Made by a program: the position numbers and the translations under genes. Positions 52,370 through 64,000 of a DNA stretch of 64,000 nt are shown piece after piece; positions within the stretch are counted from its first letter, which is position 1, and each line of letters starts with the position of its first letter. The notes below the pieces were generated by a model. It saw only the letters and a program-made list of their open reading frames with translations, had not been told where the DNA came from and ran no database searches. The stretch is from NCBI RefSeq assembly GCF_009834535.1, contig NC_045698.1, forward strand, positions 10,666,001-10,730,000, read 5' to 3'. Source of the DNA: Camelus ferus. Lineage: Eukaryota.

Positions 52370-55324
52370 AGCAATGATTATTCTTGATTCTCCACCTGTA
52401 CAAATTGAGATAAAATGAAAATTCTGCACACTCTGCAATTATCATAAAGTGTTCTACTCATCTAAACGGTTTTACAAACATTATTTTAGTTTCTGCAGTA
52501 ATAGATATATTCTCATTTTATTCTGTGGTGCCTATCCTATGCTTAATATTAAAAAGCAAGTTGTTCGATTCCAGATAGCTTTGTTCTCAGTGTAGACTTC
52601 AACACGTGCCCCCACCCCCAAATTACTGCCACCACCAAAATTGAAAAATGTGATAATCTATTTTGTTAAAATAAATATTCCTTAATATTCTGGTTTCTTC
52701 CTTGACTGAGCTATAACATTACAGGACAAGCTATGCATAACAGATAATAACATTCATGGAAAATATTGAGAGAGGCCCTGGGTGGTTTCTTCACACCCCC
52801 ATGCCCCACGCCAACACTAACAGCCCTGAGATGGTTGATGTGTAATTCCCTTACTCAGTCCATGTGCCGCTTATGCAAATGTCAGTGGAATCTTGTATTT
52901 AGCTGGATTTTCATTTTAAAAGTCCTGTCCACCTTTTCTATAGAAACCACAAACTGATATGTTTATAATTTTTAAAAACCCCTCATTTAAGAAACATAAA
53001 ATGATTTCACTAGCCTTTTGCTTTTGACAATTCAGAGACTTAAAAGCTATGAGATGTTTTATATTCTTAATCTTGCATTTCTTCATCCTCTCGAAAGCTT
53101 GTGAACCAGGGAGTGTTTTAACCTTTGGACTCCTGCATCACTCCTGTGTTGCTTTAGGCTTAGACAATTACTGAAACATGAATCATTATTTCACTCACAG
53201 CAAGGTGAAATACACCTGCCCACTCCGAAAGCATGGTAGAAACTTACATGTGTCCATCTGTCTAGAAGAACTCGACAAAAGTCCATGTTAAGAGCCTCAC
53301 ACTTTCAGAAGTCTAATGTAGACCCACTTTTGCAAATAGGTTCATTTTCCCTCCTCTTTACTGTGCCTCAAAACTTGAGGTAAAATGCTCTTTTATTCAT
53401 AATCCACACATGACCAGGCCACTCTAGCTCACACTGCAATTCTTGCCCTTCCATTTAATAGTAAGAAAAAGTAAGCTCTGTGCTTTTCACCCTGTGCCAT
53501 TTGGCAAAATTATCATCTGGTGCCAGAAGGCAAAGCAAGTATCCATTTCTTCCCCCATCTCTCCATCCCAAACTCTGATAAAATATCTCCACCACCAGGC
53601 AGCCTGTAACCTCATAAACACACAGGCACTTAAGGGATAAGGACCTCAAAGGATACTTGTTGATAAAACTTGCTTTTCTGCAACTAGACAGCTTTTCTAG
53701 CACTTTGCTTATGTCACCTACGATAAGGAGGTTAGCAATGTCTCAAGGATGAGTTTGAATTATTAGACCCACTAGGCTAGACCTCCTGTATATTTGTCTC
53801 TTATGTCTAGCCTCCCTTTTGTAACCTCTGGGAGACCCTATCCCTTACACTAAAATCCAGTCCTTGTATGAAATCAAGGCAGATGTGAGGCAATACTGTG
53901 GTATGTTTCAGGCCATTTAACTATGGCAAAGATACTCATCTCTCCCAGTTATACCTGCGTAACTAACACACACGTGTGCTACAGTTCAGGGAGAAGAGAT
54001 TCAGGGAGAAGCGATTCAGTGAGAAGCCTGGGCTCTCTGACAACCCTCAGGGCAGCTCCAAGAAGATAAGCCTTAAAATAGTAAAAGGTGGAGGTGAACA
54101 TGCTAGCCCTTATCTAAAATGTGCCATGGAATAAATTCAGGTCTAAAACCCTTTTCAAAGATTAGAGGAAACGCCCAAAGTCACCAGTTAATTATGCAAG
54201 AAGGGGAGGTGGGCAGGGAAAAAAGTGGAGCAGCAGAGAGGCCCTTGGGGGACCCTGGGGAGGTACTGGCAGAGCAAAGTGGCAACAGAAAAGATACAAT
54301 ATTTCATCAAAGGAAATTATCTGGCTTACTAGCCAGACACAGAGGTTATGCTACATTGTGAACTCTTGTCAGCAACAAAATTAGAAGCAGAAAGTAGCTT
54401 ACAAGGTGGGCTAAGTCTTAGGGAGCTTAAACCTTGCAATCTATCAAAAGTTCTGAGCACAGACAGACAAATGCAAGCAGATATTCAACAAATGGAGGAG
54501 TGAAAAAAAAGCCTTCTGAAAAAAAATTTTTTTTAAACTCAAGGTGCATCAAAATAGGTGCCTTTTCTAAATAAACATTTTTTGAGGTTCCCTCACTTAA
54601 AGGAAAAGAAATAAGGCACTACGACAGCAGAAGAGCTGTTCAATCCCACCCCGGGGCCAGTTCTGACACCTGACACCTGCCCATCAAGGTGACAGGCTGC
54701 CCCCCTCAACCCTCCAGCCTCTTCCCAGCCTTAAAAATGCAAATGCACCCCGCTGAAGGCCTGCGAAAACGGTCCCCATCGGCAAAGTGCAGAGTCCCAA
54801 TGCCCCGCTGCTGGAGAGTCTGCAGCGCTAGATTTGCAATGACGCCACATGGAAAGAAATGGGGGAAAACATGAAAAAGAAACAAGGATGAGAAGGCAAC
54901 AAACAAAAATGTGCTCCCCTTCTCTGGTGGTCCAAGAGGGGGGAAAAAAGAAACCCCAAACCAGAGATGGCCAGTGGTCGGCTTATCAGGACACGTTTGG
55001 GACACCTCTATTCCATACCTCAGCTTAAAAAAATATATATTACAAGTACCTGGGAAATCAACTTGGACACATTCTAATACAAATCATCACCATCACCACA
55101 AACCCGGGCTAAATAAAACCCCAGCACTCGAGCTATCAGAAACTACATTTTACTTACAAACCAAAGGTTTACATAATCACAAATTACATAATACTCTTTC
55201 TGTGCACTAAAAACCCTTCTATAGGTGAAGCGCCAAACCCTCCGGTCTTTTAACATTTTCCAGGGAGAGCTGGAAAAGTCTGCTGAATAATTGGGGGGAG
55301 GGGGAATGGAATGCTGGAAAGTCA

Positions 55325-55786
<462 letters not shown>

Positions 55787-55813
55787 CTAGCAGATCGGCA
55801 AGCTCAAGTCCAT
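55787..55813 (-). other. uORF1 in the ANKH leader (MDLSLPIC*)
   Basis: ATG GAC TTG AGC TTG CCG ATC TGC TAG. Context AGGGATGG has G at -3 and G at +4. Confidence 0.65.
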
Positions 55814-55865
55814 CCCTGCTGCCCTCCCACACAACAAAGATCTGCCGGGAAAAAAAAGAGGAGGG

Positions 55866-55867
<2 letters not shown>

Positions 55868-55912
<45 letters not shown>

Positions 55913-55921
55913 AGCGGCAGC
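55868..55921. repeat. (GGC)15 AGC GGC AGC trinucleotide repeat, read as (GCC)n in the ANKH leader
   Basis: 15 uninterrupted GGC units at 55868-55912, counted directly. Confidence 0.97.
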
Positions 55922-55947
55922 AGAAGGTTCTGCTGACAGCGGCTCCA

Positions 55948-55953
55948 TTATAA
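55948..55953 (-). promoter_or_regulatory. TATA-like element (TTATAA)
   Basis: Isolated AT-rich hexamer inside the GC-rich island, positioned just upstream of the inferred 5' end of exon 1. Confidence 0.55.
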
Positions 55954-55994
55954 GCGCTCTGGGGCCCGGAAATAAATAACCGCGCGCACGAGGC

Positions 55995-56015
55995 GCCGCC
56001 GCCGCCGCCGCCGCC
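55995..56015. repeat. (GCC)7 promoter trinucleotide repeat
   Basis: 7 GCC units counted directly. Opposite orientation to the (GGC)15 tract. Confidence 0.95.
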
Positions 56016-57189
56016 ACCACGGTGAGGAGGAAATCAGGGGCGGGCGCGGAGGCGCGGACACCGCTGGCGGCCCCGGGGGCGGGAGGACGGGCGGGCGGCG
56101 GCCTGGGGAAGGGGCCGGGCGGGCGGCGCCCGCCTTCCCTCCGCCGCCGCCTGCGCTCGGCGCGGCCGCGCGGGGCGCTGCGCACGCACAGGCCTCGGGG
56201 CCGCCGCATCCGCCGCGTCCGGGCGCGCGGGGTGGGACTCACCGCGGTACCCCTGCCGGCCGAGGGCGGCGGCGCGAGGCTGCGGGGGAAGCGAGCTGGG
56301 GGCGGCGCGCCATCCAGAGCCGGAGGGCGCCGCGGGGGGAGCCTGAGGGGCGGGCGCAGCCAGGGATCGGGAGGCTCCCCGGGGCCCTGCGGCCCGGCCC
56401 TGTCGCCCCAGCTTTGTGGGGCCCGCGACTGGGGTGCCCGCACAGCCCCGGGAAGGGCCGAGACGTGTGAGAAACAGGCAGCAGGGGCCGGCGACCTGAG
56501 CGCGGACGCACGTGGAGAGATGACGCGCGCAGTGGCCGAGAGGGAGCGAGTTTGGGAAGCCCCCCTCCACCTCCCTGGCGGGCGCTGCGCGGGCCCTGTC
56601 CCCCGGTGGCCGCCTTGAGGCGGGTGGGGACGTGCGGAGGAGGCCGTTCCCGGCCGGAGACCTGCTTCGGGCCCATCTGGAGAGCTGGAGGCCCTGGAGA
56701 GATGGGTGTGTCGCTCTGGGCCGGCGGGAGAGACCGAGAAAAGGAGCATCTCAGCGTGTCCAAGGGCGATGGTGACCCGCATCCTGGGGGAAAATGTGCA
56801 GAGGGCCGCAGGGACGGTCCCCGCAGGCACCCGGGATGTCGGGGGCTGCCCTTTGGGACGCTCAGATCTGCCTCCAGCAGAGTTTGCTAACTGTCAGCTG
56901 AGAGTCCCCTCACTGCACCACTGCTGGAGGCAACAACAACAAAACTCGAAAAGTGTGTCTCTGCAATAAAGGAGAAAAAGAAAAATCTGTTTTATAATAC
57001 TGTGCCCCAGTGATTTCAGGATAAAGAATAGTTGTGACGCTTTACCTAAAATTAAGAACAGCGTGGCAGCAAAGTCAGCATCTGTCTCAGCACCCAGCGC
57101 TCGATGACCGGAGGGCTGAGGCCCCTGGAATGAAAAGCACCCAGAGGAGGGAGGGATTGCCTGCGTGGAGATCTCTGTACAATAGAGGG

Positions 57190-57345
57190 GAAAGGCTTCC
57201 CGTGCAGGACGGGCTTCGCGCGCGACCTGTGGTCTCGCAAAGGGCCTGGCACTTAGAGGGAGCTGCGCTTGGCTTAATGCTCTGCTGTGGCCCTCTTGAA
57301 ATTAGTAATTTTTAAAAGAGGGTCCGGCAAACTGTGCAGCCTGTC
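57190..57345. mobile_element. hAT-Tip100 MER91-like fragment
   Basis: GCGCTTGGCTTAATGCTCTGCTGTGGCCCTCTTGAAATTAGTAATTTTT resembles the MER91 core. Confidence 0.5.
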
Positions 57346-60300
57346 CTACTCATATTATTTTGCACTACCGTCCCCCATTCATCTTTCGGTTTACGAAGCA
57401 TAATGAATTAATTCATTATTAAAACTAATAAGTAAATCTTGCACCTAGAAAGGAGCCTGTTACCTCGCATTTCGCATCGGAAAGCTTGTATTCATAGTGA
57501 GCTTGAGACCTCGACCTCCAGGGTTCACGTATTTCACAATTATTTGAAAATATCCCATGTTTTCTGCCCTTGAAAAGACCTTTTAGAATTCCACACAGAA
57601 CAGGGCCTTGAGAAATAGGAAGCTAATTTACCTTGCAGCTCTGATGTAACCTCAGATCACATCCCCTATAATTAAAATGAAATTCTGGTAATTATTTATT
57701 GTGTTAGATGTATCCAGTAGTATTATTTTAGAGATTTCCCAGCAAAACAGGAAGTTCTCGTGTGCGGGACTTTCCTCAACAGCAGGTTCCTGAAAGGTGT
57801 GTTTTAATAGAGTTGGATCTTTATTTTAAATATCCGAAGAGAGCCTATTATTTAAAGGAATTCTCAGGGAAGGAGTTTTTTTTTTTTTCTAAAGCAAATA
57901 TCATCTTACGGTTTATCCATTCTGTAGTCTAGCAATTTTACCTTAAACAATCTAATGACACTGACCTTTGTCTAGAACGTGGGGTTGATGAGGTTCTCAA
58001 TCGATCCTCAGGAAGTCTCGTTTGCTTTGGTTGGTCCCTGGACAAGGACAGGCCAACCTTGCTGTGCTGACTGATGCAGTCGCACACCTTTGGTCTTAAG
58101 GAGGAATGGCGAGAAAGTTCCAGTGAATCAATGAAAGGTCATCATCCTTGTTTAAGCACTCTAAGTATACTTTTTAAAATAAGTGATTTAATAGTGCCAT
58201 CTTGATTATGGCTAAGAGCACTTTTTAGATTTGAAAGGGCTTTGAATTTCAGTCACACTATAGCATTGTGGAACTGAATGGAACAATTAATTACTTTTTT
58301 TTTTTTTTGGTCAAAGAGTCAAAAATCAGGTAGATTTCAAGGGGAGTTTTTGGCCTCTCTCTCTTCCTCTTTTAAACTCAGCAGTTGTTTGAAAAGATGT
58401 CTAGAATACAGGTGATGATAATGAATGGGAAATTTTTAAAATTACCCAGAACCCAAGGAGAGATCACAGAGTCATTTAAATTAGATTCAGAGAGTGTTCT
58501 CTTTCAGAGGGTACAGCTTTACTTTCCTTTTACAAGGTTTTTAGTTTAGATTTGATTGCTTTTGGCCAAAGATTGGTATAAGATTTACAGACTGTATACT
58601 CAACCATGTAAGAAAAAAATTATGTGCCTATAGGAAAAAATACTGGAAGGAACCACGCTCAACTATTAACAGTGGTTAGTTACAGCTGCATAGTGTTAGT
58701 ACTTATTTTTCTTTTATACTTTTCAGTATTGACCAAAATAGGCATATGAAAGTTTATAAAAAGAAAAAGTGTTTTTAAAAAATATTTGCAAAACTTCCTT
58801 AGAAGTACAAGTTAGCATTGATTTCACAGCACGGGAAAAGTTATTCTTCCCAAAACAATTTCATAAACGACCAACAATATGCTATTATTTTAATGCCTAA
58901 AATTATTAACGCCAAGTTTGGAAGACACTAATGTGAAAAAGAGAAACTAAAAGTTACATACACGTCTGATTTACTTTTTTTCTGTAGTTAGTCATAAATG
59001 GATATGCTCACGTTACCCACAAGGAGTATTAGCTGCAAAGGACAGAATAAAAGATCTTGTTTAAGATCCAGTTTGAGAACTCTACAACTCATATATCCTT
59101 GATTTGAGGAGCCCAATGGTGTCACATTGGAAACATAGCAATGGGCATGGTCTGGAAGCAGCTGCCATAAATATTTGTGTGGGATGGGCTTTATACAGTC
59201 ATCCACACTGGGCACACATGATTACCCCATGTCATATACTCAGTGTAACCAATTTACTCAACACATGGTTTTGATGGAAGGTTTAGTCCCAAATATTGAT
59301 GTCTAGTTTTGAAATGATCAGTAAACCCTCCAAGATATAGAGTAGATATAAATCCAAGCCTTGTGGTTCTCCATCTGGGCCTAGTGCAGTTTTACTGCAT
59401 GGCTCACTGTAAATATGGTCGGGGGAGCTTCTGATTCTACACTACTTAATTATGTTTCTATAAATATTGTCCTATTTGATGCAGTCATGATTTCTGCCTG
59501 TTTTCAAGCTTCCAGAGAGCAAAAGGAGAAGTCATATCTTTCCCCAAACTTCAGGTTTTACTTTTGTCGTCTCTGTGTCATTCCAGCCCAAACCCTAGTT
59601 ATAATTTGACTGGCCTAATTATCAAAGCCAATTTGTGTGCTCTCAGCGTATTCCAACAATTGGAGGTAGGAGGTGAGTGTCATGGGTAAACGATCCTGAA
59701 ATCGAACATCTGCTGTAGATAAGCTAGACTTTGCTAGTTACATTCAGCCAAGAGTTACAGTTTTCACTTTTAATAACTTCTTCAATAGTATTTGCAAAGG
59801 GACCACACAGATGCTTCAAAATGTTGTGCTATGAAAACGGATGGAGAAGATTTCTACATACTGATATGGAGGGAGCTGCAGACTATTTTGATAAGTGAAA
59901 AAAGTGAGGTGCCAAACCATGAAATGGAATGCTATTTGGGGGTGTCAAAGCAGAGAGAAATATGAGTATGTTTGTATGTGCCTTGTGTATTTGCTTTTAT
60001 TTGTGAAAAGACACAGTGGAAATATAAACAAAAATGATTCAAACGTTTATCTTTGGGGGAAAAAAGAGACCAAGGTGGAATAGAGATGGAGGAAGGACTT
60101 CTCTGAATGTACTGTATTATCACCTTTTGGCTTTGAGAACAATCATGTTTTACATAGTGAAACAAAATTAAATCAAAAGAAAACAATTATGGACAGCAGA
60201 CATATAAATCTCTTGAATTTTTTTTCTCGTTTATTTCTCTTCTGAGAAGAGGGTTTGATGCAAATTTAATTAGAGCACAGATTTACGCCTTATGCACTTT

Positions 60301-60770
60301 TATAAATTTTGATTTTTCTATAGTTGCTAAAGAATAAAACATTCAGGAAGCCCCTTGCCAGGTCAGTGATGTAACCTGATAACATCGTATGTTGGTAACT
60401 GTTAACTCACTCTTACATCTGAACAGGGACCTGAGAAACAAAAGTCAGTTTTAGGGTGGATTCTGCTTGTACCACTCAAAAACACCACCACCACCGCCTG
60501 ACTTTCAGGTTTCTGGAAGGATCTTCGTATAGGTGAGCGTTTGATGATTTGCCAACTTACATTTGGCTCATTACCGTGAAACACAAAAGATACTTCATCC
60601 TGGCTCTCCAAACCTTAGGTCTGGCAATTCTTAGTGAATCAGATGGATGGACAACAGAAAAGATGAAAATGTAGTTATTTCTCATTTCCCTTTTTCCTCT
60701 TTGTTGAACTTTTGCTTTTGCTATTTTTTTTTTTTAATGACCAGAATAACACAAACTCTCTCTGTAATTA

Positions 60771-60822
60771 TAGGCATGTCTTGTTTTATTGCACTTTGCT
60801 TTATTGCATTTCACAGGTAGTG

Positions 60823-60860
<38 letters not shown>

Positions 60861-61284
60861 CTGAAGGTTTTTGGCAACCCTATGTTCAGCAAGTCTATGG
60901 AGGACATTTTGTCAACAGCATTTGCTCACTTCCTGTCTCTGCATCACATTTTTGTAATTCTCCCAATATTTCGAACTTTTTCATTATTATACGTGTTGTG
61001 GTGATCTGTGATCAGTGAGATTTGATGTTACCAACTATGAGTTGCTCAAGGCGCAGATAGTGGTTAGCGTATTTTAGCAATAACATGTTTTTAAATTAAG
61101 GTATATACATTGTTTTTTTAAAGACATATGCTATTGCACACTTAATAGATTACATAGTGTGAACATAACTTTAAATGTCCTGAGCAACCAAAAAATCTTG
61201 TGTAACTAACTTGCTTTAGTGCAGTAAATTCACTTTATTGTTGTGGTCTGGAATTAAACCTGCAGTTTCTCTAAGCTATGCCTG
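60771..61284. mobile_element. Tigger1-derived internally deleted DNA transposon (both ends retained)
   Basis: TA|TAGGCATGTCTTGTTTTATTGCACTTTGCTTTATTG ... CTAAGCTATGCCTG|TA. Tigger1 left and right ends joined near 61035. Internal T run ~60824-60855. Confidence 0.85.
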
Positions 61285-61699
61285 TAAATATATTTAATAA
61301 AGTTTACATTTTTATTCTTGCTATCTACCCAAGGTCTATTTACTTTTAAAGGCTCTTTGAACATCTCATGTCTTTTACAAAGATATCCTGTATAATTCTA
61401 GCTCAGTTTGATCATTTCTCTTCTGATCTATATCTTGGTGATCAGAACAAGAGCTGCATTGGTCTTTATTTCTAGTTTATGTCTGATATCTACCACAAAA
61501 TATTAAATTTCCTGAGGTGGGGAATGATTTAAAATATTATTCCATCTCTTTTCACTCTCTTACTTCCCATCTCCAACCCAGGATAATAATAGACACTAAA
61601 TAATACATTTTGAATTGGGTTTTCCATAATCTTGTGTATGTTGAACCTCCAAGTTGACAATTCGTGGCTCACAGCTAATCTATGAGGAGGTGTATGAGT

Positions 61700-62195
61700 T
61701 GAATTCCTTTGGTTGAATGTCAGAGAAATTAGCTTAAACTAGACAAAGCTGAAAAGAAGGATTTATTATGAAGATACAGGTGTGTCCCACAGAACCCAGG
61801 CCAAAAGCACTGTGTCCTCAGGAAGGGCCTGGAACCAGGGACTGAGCACCCGTCAGGACTCTGTCTCTAATCACCATTTCTTTCTCCTTTCCTGCTCTCC
61901 CTCCTCCCTGCCCTCCACTCTCTCCTCTGTCATCCTCTACACTTCTGGTCCAACCTCTGCCTTTCTAGTGATTAGAAAGTGCTCAACCACAGCTCCCGAG
62001 ATTTAGACATCAGATTCTTTTTGCTCCCAGGTCTGTATTTCTGCAGAAGGGACCCTGAGTCAGCCAGCTTGGGTCAGGTGTTTACCCTGGTTAAATCAGA
62101 GGAGTCATGGGGTGGGGGCCTGTTGTCCAGAATGACCACTGGGAGCCCCAGAGAGGAGAGGTTGGGCAGACAACCCAACAGCTGTCCAGCACACA
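61700..62195. mobile_element. MaLR LTR (MLT1-like), degraded
   Basis: AAAAGAAGGATTTATT..., GGAACCAGGGACTGAG, CCAGCTTGGGTCAGGTGTTTACCCTGG motifs typical of old MLT1 LTRs. Confidence 0.5.
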
Positions 62196-62479
62196 GCCCC
62201 TGCCCCTAGTCTCTGCAGCACATACTCACATCACCCCATACAGACGATGTTCCAAAGATAGCTCTGCCTAACAAAGCCCGACTATTCTGTTACAGCTGCA
62301 AACATATACTCTCCTTCCCTAACAGAAGACAACTCGAGGTCATGCCCAGCCACTCTCTGCAGAACTGGGGTCCCCGATTCGAAGAGAATCTCACCTTTTG
62401 CCATATCAGGTGATGTTCTCGGGTTCCAGGGAGTAGGTATCCTTGGGTGCCAGTGTTTAACCCATCACATTTGGCTTCA

Positions 62480-62640
62480 TTAAAAAGTCAAAACAAAACA
62501 GGTGAAATTGATTCTAATCAAATATTTTGTTTGACCTAATGTATCCAAAATACCACTGTTACAACATGGAATCAGTATAAACACATCAATGAGATACTTT
62601 ATATTCTTTTTTCCTACTGGGACTTTCAAATCTGGTGGGC
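62480..62640 (-). mobile_element. MER33-like fragment
   Basis: AAACAGGTGAAATTGATTCTAAT...TTTGACCTAATGTATCCAAAATA...TTCAAATCTGGTG is reverse-complement similar to 11970-12270. Confidence 0.6.
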
Positions 62641-64000
62641 GTGCCCAGCCAGGTCCCCTGTTCTCTCCGCATCTTGGGGCGAGGCCTTCTTGGGCTGGGG
62701 CACAGCTACACCCACCATGGGGCCATGCTCCTGCAGAGGGACCCCACCAGGGTCCCTCTTTCTCTAGAGGAAGGGTGGCTTGGCCCAGGGAGATAAATAT
62801 CCACGGAACCAAGGGGCCAGGTGATGGGGAGAGCTGGGAAAGACCAGCTGGCTGGCTCCTGGAGACCCTGAGCGCTCCTTGTCCCATGGAGAGTCGAATT
62901 CCGGGGTGGCCCCTTTCTATCAGGGAGCTGGCCTGGTAGGGCTGAGTCCTTGGACCCACTACCTTGTTGCCAGGAGATGAGAACGCAGGAAGGCACCCAG
63001 AGGTGTTCGTGGGGCAGTCCTTCTTCGTCTGCACAGCTGAAAATGGGCGACAGAGGATTTTAGGTCTCTGATTCCAAAGCCAGTTCTCCCAACGACTGTT
63101 CTCTTCTGCTCCTTCCAGCTCGATCACATCCATGCAGGGTTTGAGCCAGGGTGGCTGCTGGAGGTAGACGGATCTAGGGACTGCTGGTGAAGCAGCCTCC
63201 GGCTGGACTGAGGTAGTGCAGCAAGCAGGCAGGGCCGGGTCCTGGCAGGTCAGGAATGGGGACACACCAGGGTGTGGTCCCTGTGGCCGAGGGAAAGACT
63301 GCAACATCAGGGTAGCTGAGTGGCCTGGCAGTGGCTGGGGCGGTTCACAGAGAGACTTGGTTCGGGTGGAGGTGAACTGCTCAGTTGTTTGTTTTTTGGT
63401 GAATTGCCCCACCCAAGAATGTTCCAGTCCTGTCTTAAAGGGTTTGCCCCTCCAGAGAGGGTCTGGTTTTCCTGAGTCAGTGATTTTGTCTCCTTCTGTC
63501 TAAGAATCCTGCCAGCTTGTCTCCAAAAGAGTGTTTTGCTCAGTGGAAGGATCGGGGCTCTGGTGGCTCTGGACCTAGACAGAGTCCTCTTGGCCTTGGG
63601 GTTAGTAATTTTCCAGGTCCCTCCAGAGCTGGGGCCACAGGTGGGCATTTGACCTGAACCTGACACTCTAATGAATCCCATCAGCTGTAGGCGCCGGGCA
63701 TCCCTGACAGGCCTCATCTCAGGTGGCTTGGCTGCCCACCAGACCAGGGGAGCCACTTACCTGAGGCCCCATCCCAGCGGGAAAGAAAAGCATCTTGTCC
63801 TTGCCCCAGTGGTTCTCAAGGACCCTGCGAAGCCCCCTTTAAGGCGTGTTTACCATGATGTGCTGTGTGTGTGGTCCCCTCTACCAGGCGTGTCTGTGCA
63901 GAACATGTGGCCAAAAGCTCCAAAAAATGTGTAGACCAATAACAAGTTAGATTTGATGTAGATCTGTTGTATAAGTTTCCAGTGCAAACTATGGGGTGAG

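Noticed and set aside
62480..63412. 310-aa minus-strand ORF
   Set aside because: Non-ATG start and no recognisable domain. The protein-looking WENWLWNQRPK stretch is MIR-like sequence (GGCTTTGGAATCAGAGACC) and the C-terminus runs into a MER33 fragment.

Overview
Mammalian genomic DNA, most likely from a camelid (camel or alpaca), judged from five copies of a tRNA-derived SINE resembling the camelid Vic-1 family. The only protein-coding sequence I can support is coding exon 1 of ANKH on the minus strand (55606..55511, [34 protein letters not shown] donor). It lies in a CpG-island promoter (~55.4-56.85 kb). Positions 1-55510 are intron 1 (exon 2 is not in the window) and ~56-64 kb is upstream flank. 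The rest is ordinary eutherian repeat landscape: SINEs, L1/L2/MIR, ERV1 and MaLR solo LTRs, Tigger and hAT elements, microsatellites. I found no novel gene system. The points most worth follow-up are: (i) the ANKH 5' leader, with a strong short uORF, an overlapping out-of-frame uORF and an in-frame ACG; (ii) a symmetric core promoter bracketed by oppositely oriented (GGC)15 and (GCC)7 tracts; (iii) an apparently ancient L1 3' end inserted inside a young SINE; (iv) a TSD-flanked orphan mRNA 3'-end retrocopy; (v) a twin-primed L1; (vi) orientation-biased loss of LTR poly(A) signals. Repeat family names come from visual recognition only and many boundaries are approximate.
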